The translations under genes were made by a program, and so were the position numbers. From an uncultured Gammaproteobacteria bacterium (GTDB lineage Bacteria; Pseudomonadota; Gammaproteobacteria; CAWCPV01), in the NCBI GenBank assembly GCA_963797555.1, contig CAWCPV010000002.1, positions 205,561 through 269,560 on the forward strand: a stretch of DNA of 64,000 nucleotides. The letters run 5' to 3'. Positions 10,701 to 20,085 of this stretch are shown here, in pieces. How positions within the stretch are numbered: position 1 is the stretch's first letter; each line of letters begins with the position of its first letter. A model generated the notes under the pieces. It saw nothing but the letters and a program-made list of their open reading frames with translations. It had not been told where the DNA came from and did no database searches.

Positions 10701-12888
10701 CGATATTCGGCGTTTCATTGAAGGCAGCGTCAGGGAGTTCAACGGTCAGGCCGGCGAACCGGCTAGCTTCGACCTGCTGCACCATCTGCTGGAAGCGCAG
10801 GCCTATCGGCTGGCCTACTGGCGTGTCGCTTCGGACGAGATCAACTACCGACGCTTTTTCAACGTCAACGACCTAGCCGGACTCAGGATCGAGAACGAGC
10901 AGGTGTTCGAGGCCACCCACAGCCTGCTGCGGGATCTCGTCGCGCATGGTGACCTCGACGGCCTGCGCATCGACCACCCGGACGGGCTGCAAAACCCCTT
11001 GCAATACTACCAGCGCCTGGCGCGCTATGCGGTTCAGCCGCTGGTCACGCCCCTCGGGGCGGACGCTGGAGGTGATTCGAAGGGCTCCAGGCCCGGCGCC
11101 CTCTACGTGGTGGTCGAGAAGATCCTGGCCAGTTACGAGCACCTTCCGGAGGAGTGGCCGGTCCACGGAACTACCGGGTACGAATTCGCCAATCAGGTCA
11201 ACGGGGTGCTGATCTACGCCGGATCGGAGCAGCAGATGGACCAAACGTACGCCCAGTTCACTGGGCAACGGTTGGACTTCGACGATCTGCTGTACGAACG
11301 CAAAAAGCTGATCATGAAGGTGGCACTTGCGAGCGAGCTGAACGTGCTGGCGAACCAGTTGGAGCGTATCTCGGAGGAGGATCGCCACACCCGCGACTAT
11401 ACCCTCATCGGGTTGCGCGATGCGTTAATAGAAGTCGTCGCTTGCTTTCCCGTTTACCGAACCTATGTGAGTGCAGACCAGATCAGCGCAGACGACCGGC
11501 GTTATGTGGAGTGGGCGGTGGCCCGAGCCAAGAACCGCAATCCTGCGGTGGACGTCACGATTTTCGACTTCATCCGCAGCGCCTTGCTCCCTGAGCCGGC
11601 GACGGTGCAAAGCGAGGCCGCACGAGGGGAACTGGCAGCGTTCGCCATGAAATTCCAACAGTACACGTCGCCGGTAATGGCCAAAGGGCTCGAGGACACG
11701 TCCTTCTACATTTACAACCGCCTCGTGTCCCTGAACGAGGTCGGGGGCGATCCGCGGCGTTACGGGATATCGACGGCGGCATTTCACCGGGGCAACCAGG
11801 ACCGGCTGCGCCGCTGGCCTCACACCATGCTGGGGACCTCGACTCATGACAGCAAGCGCAGCGAGGACGTGCGTGCCCGCATAGATGTGCTGAGCGAGAT
11901 TCCCGCCGAGTGGCGGAGACAGCTCTCCCGATGGGCGCGCCTCAATCGTCGCAGGAAACGCATCGCCGAGGGCCGGCCCGCGCCGTCGCGCAATGACGAG
12001 TATCTGCTTTACCAGACGCTGGTCGGTGCTTGGCCGGTCGAGCCACTCGATACGCCCGCGCTGGAAGACTTTCGCGAACGCATCGCCGCTTATATGCTGA
12101 AGGCGGTGCGCGAGGCCAAAATCCATACCAGTTGGGTGAATCCTCATCAGGAATACGAGGAGGCGCTGTTGCATTTCGTGCGCAGCCTCCTGTCCGGTCC
12201 GGACAAGAATCCGTTTCTTGCGGCATTCGAACCGTTCCAGCGACGCGTATCGCGTTTCGGCATGTTCAACAGCCTCAGCCAGGTGCTGCTCAAGTTGACC
12301 TCCCCCGGCGTGCCGGATATCTACCAGGGCAACGAGCTGTGGGACTTCAGTCTGGTGGACCCGGACAACCGCCGTCCCGTGGACTACGTGCGCCGCAGGG
12401 AGATGCTGGAAGGGCTGCGCCAGCTCGCCTCCGGCCCTCGAGAAGAGCGAACGGCTGCCGCGCGTGATCTCTCTCAGACCCTGGAGGACGGTCGTTCCAA
12501 GCTATACCTGACGTGGCAGGTTCTCAGCCTGCGCAGGGAATGGGCAGAGCTGTTCGAGCAGGGTGATTATGTGCCCCTGTCCAGCGATGGTGTCCACGCC
12601 GACCACTTGTGTGCGTTCGCGCGCACGCACGGGGGTCGGGGCGTAGTCACCGTGGTCCCACGCTGGTGCGCCAGGCTGAGCGAACAATCCAAGAGCGCGA
12701 TGCCCTTGGGGTCCATATGGGGCGATACGTACATCGAGGCCCCCGCGTTCGCGGGCGCTGCACACTACGAGAACGTGTTTACGGGCGAGACCGTTGCAGT
12801 GCAGACCCACAACGAGCGCTCGCTGTTATCGGCAGGAGACGTCCTCGCAAACTTCCCCGTGGCGCTGCTGCGCATTAGCGCAGGCTAA
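7714..12888 (+). CDS. malQ-treY: 4-alpha-glucanotransferase (MalQ, GH77) fused to malto-oligosyltrehalose synthase (TreY)
   Basis: 1724 aa. First ~730 aa MalQ (IRLDHVM, GEDLGTVP, TTHDLPT, NLPGT..YPNW); remainder TreY (PRATYRLQF, INYRRFF, GLRIDHPDGL, STHDSKRSEDVRAR, SLVDPDNRRPVDY). Confidence 0.92.
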   Translation: MSAHERLLRLAGLCGIEAEYQDVWGETRRVPKATLRALLKAMGIAVATDAAVGAALAEREGRARCRLTPAVVVARERQPELWVPVCLPKAAAGQAFRCTLREEGGREHAFSFCGAGLPAEEEYEVGGNPYVRYRLSLPIRPPLGYHRLEVRAEGGDRSAITQFVLTPETCYLPEAVRADKRVWGPAIQLYALRSRRNWGVGDFGDVHSLVDCCVGMGADIVGLSPLHALFPHNPSHASPYGPSSRLFLNVLYLDVEAVPEFAECDAAAQLVRSREFQQHLQVLRNQELVDWPGVAAAKLRVLEILYRCFRDRQLSADLPRGRTFRAYQAEGGTPLHQHAVFDALQEHLHRDDPRIWGWPAWPEEFRDPGAPAVSQFAAIHCERVEFYQYLQWLVDGQLAAVGGRSMEHGLGVGLYFDLALSVDPGGSEAWSHQGLYAPDVTIGAPPDGFNLNGQNWGLLAPTPERLVESAYQPFIRILRRNMRQAGAIRLDHVMSLMRLFWIPAGASPADGAYVRYPLRDLLGILALESQRSRCLVVGEDLGTVPDTLRETLAAAGVLSCRVLYFEKNPSGRYKPPGDYPPEALVAVTTHDLPTLAGFWQGRDLAIRRELGLFPTEEVREQQILSRATDRAALLLALEREGLLPDGMSADPASLPEMTPALVRAVHLFIARSPAKILTVQLENVLGQARQANLPGTSDEYPNWRGKLDIYLEDLLTDLRVRKLSDDLRSVRGTVRAAAVAPAGPTAPLPARIPRATYRLQFNWAFTFGHAADLVPYLEALGISHCYASPYLRARPGSPHGYDIIDHTSLNPEIGSTEDYTLFVSTLHRCGMGQILDVVPNHMGVGGSDNAWWLGVLENGPASVYAQFFDIDWEAAKPELRGKVLLPTLGDHYGAVIEKGELQLRFDATRGELSVFYYEHRFPIDPVTYPQVLGHRIERLVLALGPESPPLLEFQSLVTAFEQLPPRRDTRPQRVMERDRDKEIRKQHLVRLCDASSDIRRFIEGSVREFNGQAGEPASFDLLHHLLEAQAYRLAYWRVASDEINYRRFFNVNDLAGLRIENEQVFEATHSLLRDLVAHGDLDGLRIDHPDGLQNPLQYYQRLARYAVQPLVTPLGADAGGDSKGSRPGALYVVVEKILASYEHLPEEWPVHGTTGYEFANQVNGVLIYAGSEQQMDQTYAQFTGQRLDFDDLLYERKKLIMKVALASELNVLANQLERISEEDRHTRDYTLIGLRDALIEVVACFPVYRTYVSADQISADDRRYVEWAVARAKNRNPAVDVTIFDFIRSALLPEPATVQSEAARGELAAFAMKFQQYTSPVMAKGLEDTSFYIYNRLVSLNEVGGDPRRYGISTAAFHRGNQDRLRRWPHTMLGTSTHDSKRSEDVRARIDVLSEIPAEWRRQLSRWARLNRRRKRIAEGRPAPSRNDEYLLYQTLVGAWPVEPLDTPALEDFRERIAAYMLKAVREAKIHTSWVNPHQEYEEALLHFVRSLLSGPDKNPFLAAFEPFQRRVSRFGMFNSLSQVLLKLTSPGVPDIYQGNELWDFSLVDPDNRRPVDYVRRREMLEGLRQLASGPREERTAAARDLSQTLEDGRSKLYLTWQVLSLRREWAELFEQGDYVPLSSDGVHADHLCAFARTHGGRGVVTVVPRWCARLSEQSKSAMPLGSIWGDTYIEAPAFAGAAHYENVFTGETVAVQTHNERSLLSAGDVLANFPVALLRISAG

Positions 12889-13036
12889 GGAAATTGCACC
12901 GAGGGCAGGAGAGAGGCGCACCCCTAGCGCGAGGTGCGCCGTGCGCTTCGCGTCAACTTGATTGGCAGCATCTCGAACAAGACCGGGCGCGTCTGTTCTC
13001 GCTCATCAGTCACAATTCCTCTCGTCAGCCACGAGA

Positions 13037-13790
13037 TCATCGAAGCTCGATCTTGTTCCACTTGCTAGTTCCCGGGGGAAAGTGGCAGACCGAAATGGCA
13101 AGCTGCATCTCGTTGGCCAGACGCTGCAGCTCGCGCTTCCAAAGCCGCAGCCGATAACCGTTGCTGCCGCCCCCGTCAGCGGTGATCAATAATTGAGCGT
13201 GGGGATACCTCGCGTAGCCCATCGAGTGCCACCAAGACCGGCAGTATCATGATCGACGCCCAGGCTCATTGCTCGCGAGTCAAAGCGCCTGGTAGGTTTT
13301 CACCCGCTGACTGAGGTGCTCAAACTGGGCGTCGCGATCCGCCTGGCTCGCGCCTTCCAACATCTTCTAATTGATTTGCAAGGCTGTGACCCAACTCGTG
13401 CAGCAATTCGGCCACCAGCGTCGGATTACTTCGGTGCCCCATGCGCCTGAGCTCATCGGAGAGCTTGCGAACGCTCTTGCTGGTCCAACGCAAGGGCGAT
13501 TCGAAATGCCGGTCCCGCCAAGCCTCTGAGGGTTGGGTGCTTGTCCACGGCTCGCTTGCGCCCGCCGCCCGGCTTGCGGATGCGTCTTGGCGGCCTCCTG
13601 GCTGTTTTAGCCCTTCACATCTTGGCGCAACGGCACTGCGCGAAATACCTGTCTGTCGAGCAACGAGCGATATCCCGCCGTAACCGCTCACCTCTGCCGC
13701 GGCAACGAGTCGCCGCAAGCGTTCGTACAGAAAAGGCGCCAACGCCAAGAAGTGTCTCCCCACCAGCGCAGCATCCATGCCCCGCAGCGC
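13037..13790 (-). pseudogene. Degraded ISAzo13-family transposase
   Basis: Fragments LLITADGGGSNGYRLRLWKRELQ..CHFPPGTSKWNKIE and ERLRRLVAAAE..GYGGIS..SPLRWTSKSVRKL lie in different frames with deletions. Boundaries approximate. Confidence 0.8.
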
Positions 13791-13802
13791 AGCATCCAGG
13801 CG

Positions 13803-14888
13803 CTAGTGTAGTGCTTCATTCTGTTTAGAACTTAAACGTGCGTTGGCGCGGATGACCTTCTGCAGGATGTCCTTAGCCTTGGCGGTCCAGATGAAGGGTT
13901 TGGGATTGGCGTTGTGGGCATCGACATAGCGGTTGATGGCATGGATCAACTCGGGGACGCTTCGAAACACGCCACGGCGCAACCGATCCACAGTCAGGTC
14001 GCGGAAGAATCGCTCGACCATGTTCGACCAGGATGCTGAGGTGGGCGTGAAATGGATGTGGAAACGCGGGTGTTTTCCCAGCCATTTCTGAACGTTGGGA
14101 TGTTTGTGGGTGGCGTAGTTGTCGCAGACCAAGTGCAGTTCCTTGTCCTTGGGCGTCTCGCGGTCGATTTGGCGCAGGAAGGTGAGCCACTCCGTGTGGC
14201 GATGGTGCGGCTCGCAGCGGGCAATCACGGAACCCTCCAAGGTGTTCAGGGCAGCAAACAGTGTCGTGGTGCCATGGCGCTTGTAGTCATGGGTCATGGT
14301 CGCAGCCCGCCCCTTCTTCAGCGGCAGGCCAGGTTGGGTACGATCCAGCGCCTGAACCTGACTCTTCTCGTCGCAGCACAACACCAAAGCATGCTCCGGG
14401 GGGGACAGATACAGCCCGACGATGTCCTCCAACTTCTCGGTGAATTTCGGGTCGCGCGATACCTTGAAGGATTCGACACGATGCGGCTTCAGCCCATGGG
14501 CATGCCACACGCGCAGCACCGTGGTGTCGCTCACTCCCATTTCCTTAGCCAGGGTCCGCGTACTCCACTGTGTCGCTGCTAAGGGCTGGGTCTGAGTCGT
14601 GCGTCGCACGATCTCGGCGGCATCCACCTTGGGCTGACGACCTCCGCGCGGCAGGTCACACTCGATGGCCGCCAGCCCGCCTTGCGCATAGCGCTCCCGC
14701 CAACGCCCAACCTGCACACGCCCAATCTTGAGTTCCGCCGCGATGGCCTTGTTCTCCATGCCCACCGCCGCCAACAGCACAATGCGCGCTCGGCGGGCCA
14801 GCCTCACACTCGTGGTGTTCGAACGCGACACACGCCTCAGGCTCCGCTGTTCTTCCGCGCTCAGTCGGACCATCGGGGCTACTCGCAT
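13803..14888 (-). CDS. IS630-family transposase
   Basis: 361 aa; HTH region, CDEKSQVQAL, THDYKRHGTTTLFAAL, VCDNYATHK, HFTPTSASW..NMVERFF. The stop codon lies in the right IR. Confidence 0.93.
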   Translation of the reverse strand: MRVAPMVRLSAEEQRSLRRVSRSNTTSVRLARRARIVLLAAVGMENKAIAAELKIGRVQVGRWRERYAQGGLAAIECDLPRGGRQPKVDAAEIVRRTTQTQPLAATQWSTRTLAKEMGVSDTTVLRVWHAHGLKPHRVESFKVSRDPKFTEKLEDIVGLYLSPPEHALVLCCDEKSQVQALDRTQPGLPLKKGRAATMTHDYKRHGTTTLFAALNTLEGSVIARCEPHHRHTEWLTFLRQIDRETPKDKELHLVCDNYATHKHPNVQKWLGKHPRFHIHFTPTSASWSNMVERFFRDLTVDRLRRGVFRSVPELIHAINRYVDAHNANPKPFIWTAKAKDILQKVIRANARLSSKQNEALH

Positions 14889-14969
14889 CAGTGCTCTCCT
14901 GTCTTGGCTTCATAGCCCTGGACAGCGATAGATCATATATGTTCCGTTAATTACCAAGCACTACACTAG
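13803..14969 (-). mobile_element. IS630-family insertion sequence, apparently intact
   Basis: Terminal inverted repeat CTAGTGTAGTGCTT (13803) / AAGCACTACACTAG (ends 14969), with TA inside CTAG at both ends. Confidence 0.9.
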
Positions 14970-14997
14970 GTTGATACAGTTATTTCACGACAGTCTC

Positions 14998-15312
14998 TCA
15001 GCTCAGGTCGCTCAGCGATCTCCCGCTGGCCAGCCATTCCTTCACCCAGTTGGGCTGACGGCCCTGGCCGGCCCAGGTCTTGCTCGCATCGTGGGGATGG
15101 CGGTATTTCACGGGCTTTTGGTCAGTCCCCTTTCCCTTCGACGACCTGGGTGCGCGGAGTAGCTCGCTCAGGGTAAACCCGCGCTCCTCCGCATACTTCT
15201 TGATCTGGTCCAGCGTCTTTTTCTTGTTGGCCTTGCGGCGCCTCTCGATCTCCGTGTTGGCATCCTTCACCAGTCCACGCAGCTCCTCGATGTTCAGCTT
15301 GGACAAATCCAT
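14998..15312 (-). CDS. hns: H-NS family nucleoid-associated protein
   Basis: 104 aa; N-terminal coiled coil and C-terminal KYRHP..TWAGQGRQPNWV DNA-binding motif; GAGGAG RBS. Confidence 0.9.
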   Translation of the reverse strand: MDLSKLNIEELRGLVKDANTEIERRRKANKKKTLDQIKKYAEERGFTLSELLRAPRSSKGKGTDQKPVKYRHPHDASKTWAGQGRQPNWVKEWLASGRSLSDLS

Positions 15313-15523
15313 GGCAGCTCCTCGTTTGTGGCTTATCGCTCAAGAAAGAATAGCGCAACAACGGACATCATTGTAAGTGTCGACAAACAATTTTCAAATA
15401 GGCGGCAGAGGTTGGGGTCAAGTCGGGAATTGCCCGCCTGATCTAGGGGTCCGGCGGCTACGGGACAATGCAGTGTTGTACAGTGAGAGCCTGTGAATTT
15501 ATCGATCTCGGCGTTTCTGGTGA

Positions 15524-15664
15524 GAGCTTGTGAATAAATCTGCTGCGCGTCCCGATAGCCGCGTTGCGCGGTGCTCGCTCCTCGCCTATCTACTTGATAT
15601 GTCTCGTCGCTGCGCTCCGTGCGCCATGCTCTCGGGCCGCTCGCGACGATTTCTTCACAAGCTC
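15524..15664. mobile_element. 141-bp palindromic MITE-like element, copy 1
   Basis: Terminal IR GAGCTTGTGAA...TTCACAAGCTC, flanked by TGA on both sides (15521-23, 15665-67). By eye it differs from copy 2 (51419-51559) at one base. Confidence 0.9.
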
Positions 15665-15769
15665 TGAGGCAAGATCGCCGCCCATAGCCGAGGTGGGCTG
15701 GGGGCACGTGGCTTGAGGTAACACCGAGCACCGCCTGGATTGTCAGCCGAACAGGTCCCCTGACGACAG

Positions 15770-16410
15770 CGTCTCATCGCGGGGCTTGGGTGGCCGGCCA
15801 GCCTTGCCGCGGCTCGCCTTGCGTCCGAGTGCCGCTTCTACTTGCAGCCGGAAGCGCTCGCCGCCGAGCGCGAGTTTTCGTTGGTGGCCAACCGGATCTC
15901 ATCGACTGTCTCCGGATCGAGCTCGCTGCGGACTAGCAGCCGATACGCTTCACGGCGTGCGGTCTCCGAACGGCCAAGCGCGAGGTACTGGGCGTGCGGT
16001 ACCACACACTCGGACGTTTTGCCTTCGGCGTTCGCTCGGTAGCTCGACAGCGGTAATGGCGCGGATCACTGACCCTCTGCGCCCGCACGGGATTCAGTTC
16101 GATGTAGCGGTAACAGGCCAGCACATAGTTCTCTTACTGCGCTACGCAGGATCGAAAGCGGCCCTCCCACAGCGTCCCGCTGCGCCCTTAGGTGCGATTA
16201 ACGTACTGCACATAGCGCTGGCCCAGATGCTTCATCAACAGCGAAGCGCTGTCGGCTTTCTGCGGCGTGAGCAACAAGTGGACATGGTTGGTCATCAGTA
16301 CGTAAGCGTGGACCGCGCAGGCGAACTTCGTTGCATTCTCGGCCAAGTGCTCCAAGTAGAGCATGTAGTCCTCGTCGCCGAGGCCGAGAACCTCTGAACG
16401 GCAGCGCATG
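15770..16410 (-). pseudogene. REP-associated tyrosine transposase (RAYT, Y1 HUH) remnant
   Basis: VHAYVLMTNHVHLLLTP (HUH), MKHLGQRYVQYVNRT*, TLWEGRFRS and LACYRYIELNPVRA, with internal stops and frameshifts. Boundaries approximate. Confidence 0.85.
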
Positions 16411-16527
16411 CCCCGCCGGTGCGGTCCAAGTGGGTCATTCAAGGATTGGGGGCCACTTCAAACGTCCTGCCCTGTGGATGCGGAGGCGTTGGACTCGGTA
16501 AAGTGCATGACCATGCATGAAAGTCCG

Positions 16528-17586
16528 CTAACGCGTCGGGCCCCATTCGAGAGTGAAATGGCGGGGGAAGGGGGTTTCCAGTCCGTCGAGGCGCGTGTCG
16601 ATCTGACCTGCACTGCCGGCCGCACGGCGCAGGCCAGGGAGCGCTAGCAGCGGCATCAGCATGGCGGGCAGCAGCGCGTGGTTGATGCGGTCGCCAAAAC
16701 AAAGATGCACGCCGCGTCCCCAAAGCAGATATTGGCCCCACGGCCGGTCGGTGCGCCATTTGTGCGGGTGCTGCACCGCTGCCTCGTCGTGCATCGATGA
16801 CAGATTGGCGGCCAGCACCATGGTGTTCTTGGCGATGGCCGTGCCGCCCAGCGTACAATCGGCGACTGCGCGGCGGTAGATCACCGGGTTGACAGGGTTG
16901 AAGCGCAGCGCCTCCCAGATATGTCCGGCGACGAGTGTTTCGTTGCCCGCTTGCGCCGCAGCGGTGGCGCTGGCGAGGGCTCTCGGGCGGCGGAACAGTT
17001 CGTCGAGCGCGAAGCACGCGGCCTTTGACAGGGTGGGAATGGCGCCGATCACGATACCGATCATGTTGCTGCGGATGCCGTCGCCCTGAAAGGCGACTTC
17101 GCCCGCGTCGCGCGCCGCGACCGCGCGAGCGATCAGCGTGTCTGGGGTAGGGGCGAGAACGGCCGCGTCGAGCGCTTCGCGGGTTTCGGCTGCGGCGGTC
17201 AATGCGGCGGCCTCGGCGGCGGCCTCCGCTGTCAGGTCGCTGAACAGATAGTGGAACATCGCCGTGGCCCAGGGGATCAGGTCGTCGACGGACGCCGTGT
17301 GCAGCCCGAAGTAGCGCTGCACCATCAGCGCGGGGATGCGGGCGGTCAGTCGCGACGGCAGGTCGATGCGGGCGCCGGCAACGGTGCCGGCATCAATGCC
17401 GGTTGGCGCGCCGGTGATCGCACTGACAGCTTCGGCCCGGACCATCGGCAACACGATGCGCGCCAGGGCGACCGTGGTTGGCCGAGCCTGCCAGAAATCT
17501 CGGAACGGTCCCTCGGCGTCGGCCGCAAGCTTGCGAGATTCGCTTGTGCTTCCGGGGCGTGGTCCTATAGGTTCTCTTGAAGACAA
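16528..17586 (-). CDS. Cytochrome P450, probably 5'-truncated
   Basis: EALR (ExxR) and WGRGVHLCFG heme-Cys motif. No convincing start; the N-terminal part appears lost at the CRISPR-island boundary. Confidence 0.75.
   Translation of the reverse strand: MSSREPIGPRPGSTSESRKLAADAEGPFRDFWQARPTTVALARIVLPMVRAEAVSAITGAPTGIDAGTVAGARIDLPSRLTARIPALMVQRYFGLHTASVDDLIPWATAMFHYLFSDLTAEAAAEAAALTAAAETREALDAAVLAPTPDTLIARAVAARDAGEVAFQGDGIRSNMIGIVIGAIPTLSKAACFALDELFRRPRALASATAAAQAGNETLVAGHIWEALRFNPVNPVIYRRAVADCTLGGTAIAKNTMVLAANLSSMHDEAAVQHPHKWRTDRPWGQYLLWGRGVHLCFGDRINHALLPAMLMPLLALPGLRRAAGSAGQIDTRLDGLETPFPRHFTLEWGPTR
17525..17534 (+). promoter_or_regulatory. Palindrome GCAAGCTTGC upstream of cas6 (candidate operator)
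   Basis: ggcc-GCAAGCTTGC about 70 bp before the cas6 ATG; recurs before other island genes. Confidence 0.55.
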
Positions 17587-17603
17587 AAGGCAGAGGCGGC
17601 GTG

Positions 17604-18662
17604 ATGACCGTGGACCTGGCTGTGGGGCAAGGGATCAAGGATCGCCGGGACACCCCCGAGCGGGTGCTCCCCGAGCTTGGGGTCGGGCGGTATCGCCTGG
17701 CATTTCGAGCCGCCGAAGAGGTGATGCTGCCGGCCTATGCCGGCTCCGCCTGGCGCGGGGCCTTCGGGCACGCCCTGAAGCGCACAGTGTGTGTGACGCG
17801 CGAGCGGCGGTGCGAGGACTGCCTGCTCTACGGCTCCTGCATTTACCCCTATGTGTTCGAGACCCCGCCTTCGCCGGGCGTCGCGAAGATGCGCCGATAC
17901 ACTGCGGCCCCTCATCCTTTTGTGCTGGCGCCCATGGATGGCGATGCGACGGGGCGGACCCTCGGTGTCGGCACTCCGCTCGCGCTCGGGCTCACCCTGT
18001 TCGGCCGGGCCAACGCCTACCTTCCGTACTTCGTGCACGCTTTACAGCGCGCGGGCGAAGAGGGGTTGGGCAAGGGGCGAGGCCGTCTCGCCCTGGCCGC
18101 GGTGGAGCAGGAGGCGGCGTGCGGCTCGGCAGACTGGCGCACGGTCTATGAACCGGAGGAGCGCCTGCGGCCGTTCGGCGCACAGACACCCCCCGTCCCT
18201 CTGCCCCCTCGGGGCGTGTTGACCCTTACCTTCGCCACGCCTTTGCGCCTCAGGCGAGAGGGGCACAACGTCCCTTCCCAAGACTTGCGATTTTCTGACC
18301 TCTTCGGCAGCCTGCTGCGCCGCATCTCGATGCTGACCTACTTTCACACCGATACACCGCTGGAGACGGACTTCGCGGGGTTGGTTCGGGAAGCGACGCG
18401 GGTGCCGCTGACGGAGGCCGATGTGCGGTGGCGCGAGTGGAGCCGCTACTCGTCTCGGCAGCAGACGAGGATACAGATGGGGGGCATCACCGGGACGGTC
18501 CAGGTAGACCTCACGGGCCACGACGACCTCTGGCCCTACCTGTGGCTCGGCCAATGGACCCACGTGGGCAAGGGCACCAGCATGGGTCTCGGGCGATACG
18601 CCATCGATATGCCCGCAAGCTTGCCGGCTCGGACGCCGGAGGCAGCGGCGTGCGAGACTTGA
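17604..18662 (+). CDS. cas6: CRISPR pre-crRNA endoribonuclease Cas6 (RAMP)
   Basis: GSAWRGAFGHAL, Cys cluster CVTRERRCEDCLLYGSC, PHPFVL, and C-terminal G-loop GQWTHVGKGTSMGLGRY. Confidence 0.9.
   Translation: MTVDLAVGQGIKDRRDTPERVLPELGVGRYRLAFRAAEEVMLPAYAGSAWRGAFGHALKRTVCVTRERRCEDCLLYGSCIYPYVFETPPSPGVAKMRRYTAAPHPFVLAPMDGDATGRTLGVGTPLALGLTLFGRANAYLPYFVHALQRAGEEGLGKGRGRLALAAVEQEAACGSADWRTVYEPEERLRPFGAQTPPVPLPPRGVLTLTFATPLRLRREGHNVPSQDLRFSDLFGSLLRRISMLTYFHTDTPLETDFAGLVREATRVPLTEADVRWREWSRYSSRQQTRIQMGGITGTVQVDLTGHDDLWPYLWLGQWTHVGKGTSMGLGRYAIDMPASLPARTPEAAACET
18615..18624 (+). promoter_or_regulatory. Palindrome GCAAGCTTGC upstream of the NE0113-family gene
   Basis: gccc-GCAAGCTTGC in the low-complexity tail of cas6, about 100 bp before the next gene. 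Confidence 0.5.
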
Positions 18663-18717
18663 CGCAAATGGAACCAAGCCAGCGCCGGCCCCCGGCCAAA
18701 CGAGGCCGTCTCTGACC

Positions 18718-19935
18718 GTGAGCGGAGTGATGCAAAGCGGGCCGAGCCTCTTTCCCCGCCGCGTCCTGCTGGCCGTGACCGGGCTCACGCCCCAGGTGGT
18801 GACCGAGACCCTCTACGCGCTGGCCGTCCGGTCGGAACCGAAGTTCATACCGACCGAGGTCCACCTCGTCACCACGCTGGAAGGGGCAGAGCGCGCCCGC
18901 TTAGGGCTACTGCACGAGCGCACGGGGTGGTTCCACCGGCTGCGCGGGGATTACGGGCTGCCGGAGATCCGCTTCGACATGCAGACCATTCACGTGCTGA
19001 GCGATGCCGCCGGGACGCCGCTCGCCGACATCCGTGTGCCTGCGGACAACGAGCGTGCCGCGGACCTGATCACGGAGCTGGTCCGCCGGATCACCGACGA
19101 CCCGGCGAGCGCCCTGCACGTCTCCATCGCGGGAGGCCGCAAGACGATGGGCTTCTACGCGGGCTATGCGCTTTCGCTGTTCGGGCGTCCGCAGGACCGG
19201 CTGTCCCATGTGCTGGTCAGCCCGCCGTACGAGTCACACCCGGCTTTCTTTTATCCCACCCCGGACAGCAACGTGATCCACACGTTTCCTCCGGACAGCC
19301 GCCCCTACGACACTCGCGATGCGACGGTGACCCTCGCCGAGATCCCCTTCGTGCGGCTGCGCCACGGCCTGGACGAGCGGCTGAAGAGCGGACAGGCCTC
19401 GTTCAGCGAGGTGGTGATGGCTGCCCAGCGGGCGCTGGGAACGCCGGAGCTGGTGGTGGACCTCGGTGCCCGGAGATTGGTCTGCGGCGGGCAGGCCGTC
19501 GAGATGACACCCGTCAATCTCGCGCTGTATGCCGCGCTGGCGCGCCGGCGGCAGGCGGGCGAGGAACCGGTTCAGCGCAGCATCGCCGGGATCTCGGCGG
19601 AGCTCCTGGCGGCGCTCGCCGCGATCGTCCCGCCGATGTCCCTCGAGTACCAGCGCACGGAGGAGGCATTGCACGGGATCGCCCAGGCCGAGCGCACGGA
19701 ACCCGCCCTCTGGAGCAGCATGGACCAGGGCGACTTCGACCAGCGCAAGACGAGGGTGAACAAGGCACTGCGCCGCGCCTTGGGAGTGGGTGCGGAGCCC
19801 TATGTCATCAAGGCGATGGGCGGTCGTCCCCGCACCCAGTTTGGCCTGACGCTGCCCCCGGAGGCCATACGGCTGGTCGCCACTCCGCAGCGTGACGTTC
19901 GAGAGGCAGGGTCACGAGGGGAGATCCAAGGCTGA
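18718..19935 (+). CDS. CRISPR-associated CARF protein of the NE0113 (TIGR02584) family (ring-nuclease-like) with a C-terminal wHTH-like domain
   Basis: RVLLAVTGLTPQVVTETLYAL, HVSIAGGRKTMGFY, GRPQDRLSHVLV. The C-terminal part (LVVDLGARRLVCGGQAVEMTP..LALYAAL) looks like a winged helix. Confidence 0.85.
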   Translation: MSGVMQSGPSLFPRRVLLAVTGLTPQVVTETLYALAVRSEPKFIPTEVHLVTTLEGAERARLGLLHERTGWFHRLRGDYGLPEIRFDMQTIHVLSDAAGTPLADIRVPADNERAADLITELVRRITDDPASALHVSIAGGRKTMGFYAGYALSLFGRPQDRLSHVLVSPPYESHPAFFYPTPDSNVIHTFPPDSRPYDTRDATVTLAEIPFVRLRHGLDERLKSGQASFSEVVMAAQRALGTPELVVDLGARRLVCGGQAVEMTPVNLALYAALARRRQAGEEPVQRSIAGISAELLAALAAIVPPMSLEYQRTEEALHGIAQAERTEPALWSSMDQGDFDQRKTRVNKALRRALGVGAEPYVIKAMGGRPRTQFGLTLPPEAIRLVATPQRDVREAGSRGEIQG

Positions 19936-20017
19936 CGGACTGCCCCATGACCATCGACCTCAGGGCTGCGCGTTTATATACGTGCCTCGGCAGGCCTGTC
20001 AGCCGACACGCAAGGCC

Positions 20018-20027
20018 GCAAGCTTGT
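20018..20027 (+). promoter_or_regulatory. Near-palindrome GCAAGCTTGT upstream of cmr1
   Basis: ggcc-GCAAGCTTGT about 60 bp before the cmr1 GTG. Confidence 0.45.
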
Positions 20028-20085
20028 GGCCCGAGCGTGGGATGGACTGTCGAGGCAACATAAGCCGGTACCAGGGAGAACGACT

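Noticed and set aside
15333-15731. 132-aa ORF spanning MITE copy 1
   Set aside because: Open mainly because the MITE frame is open; the flanks have no protein-like features.
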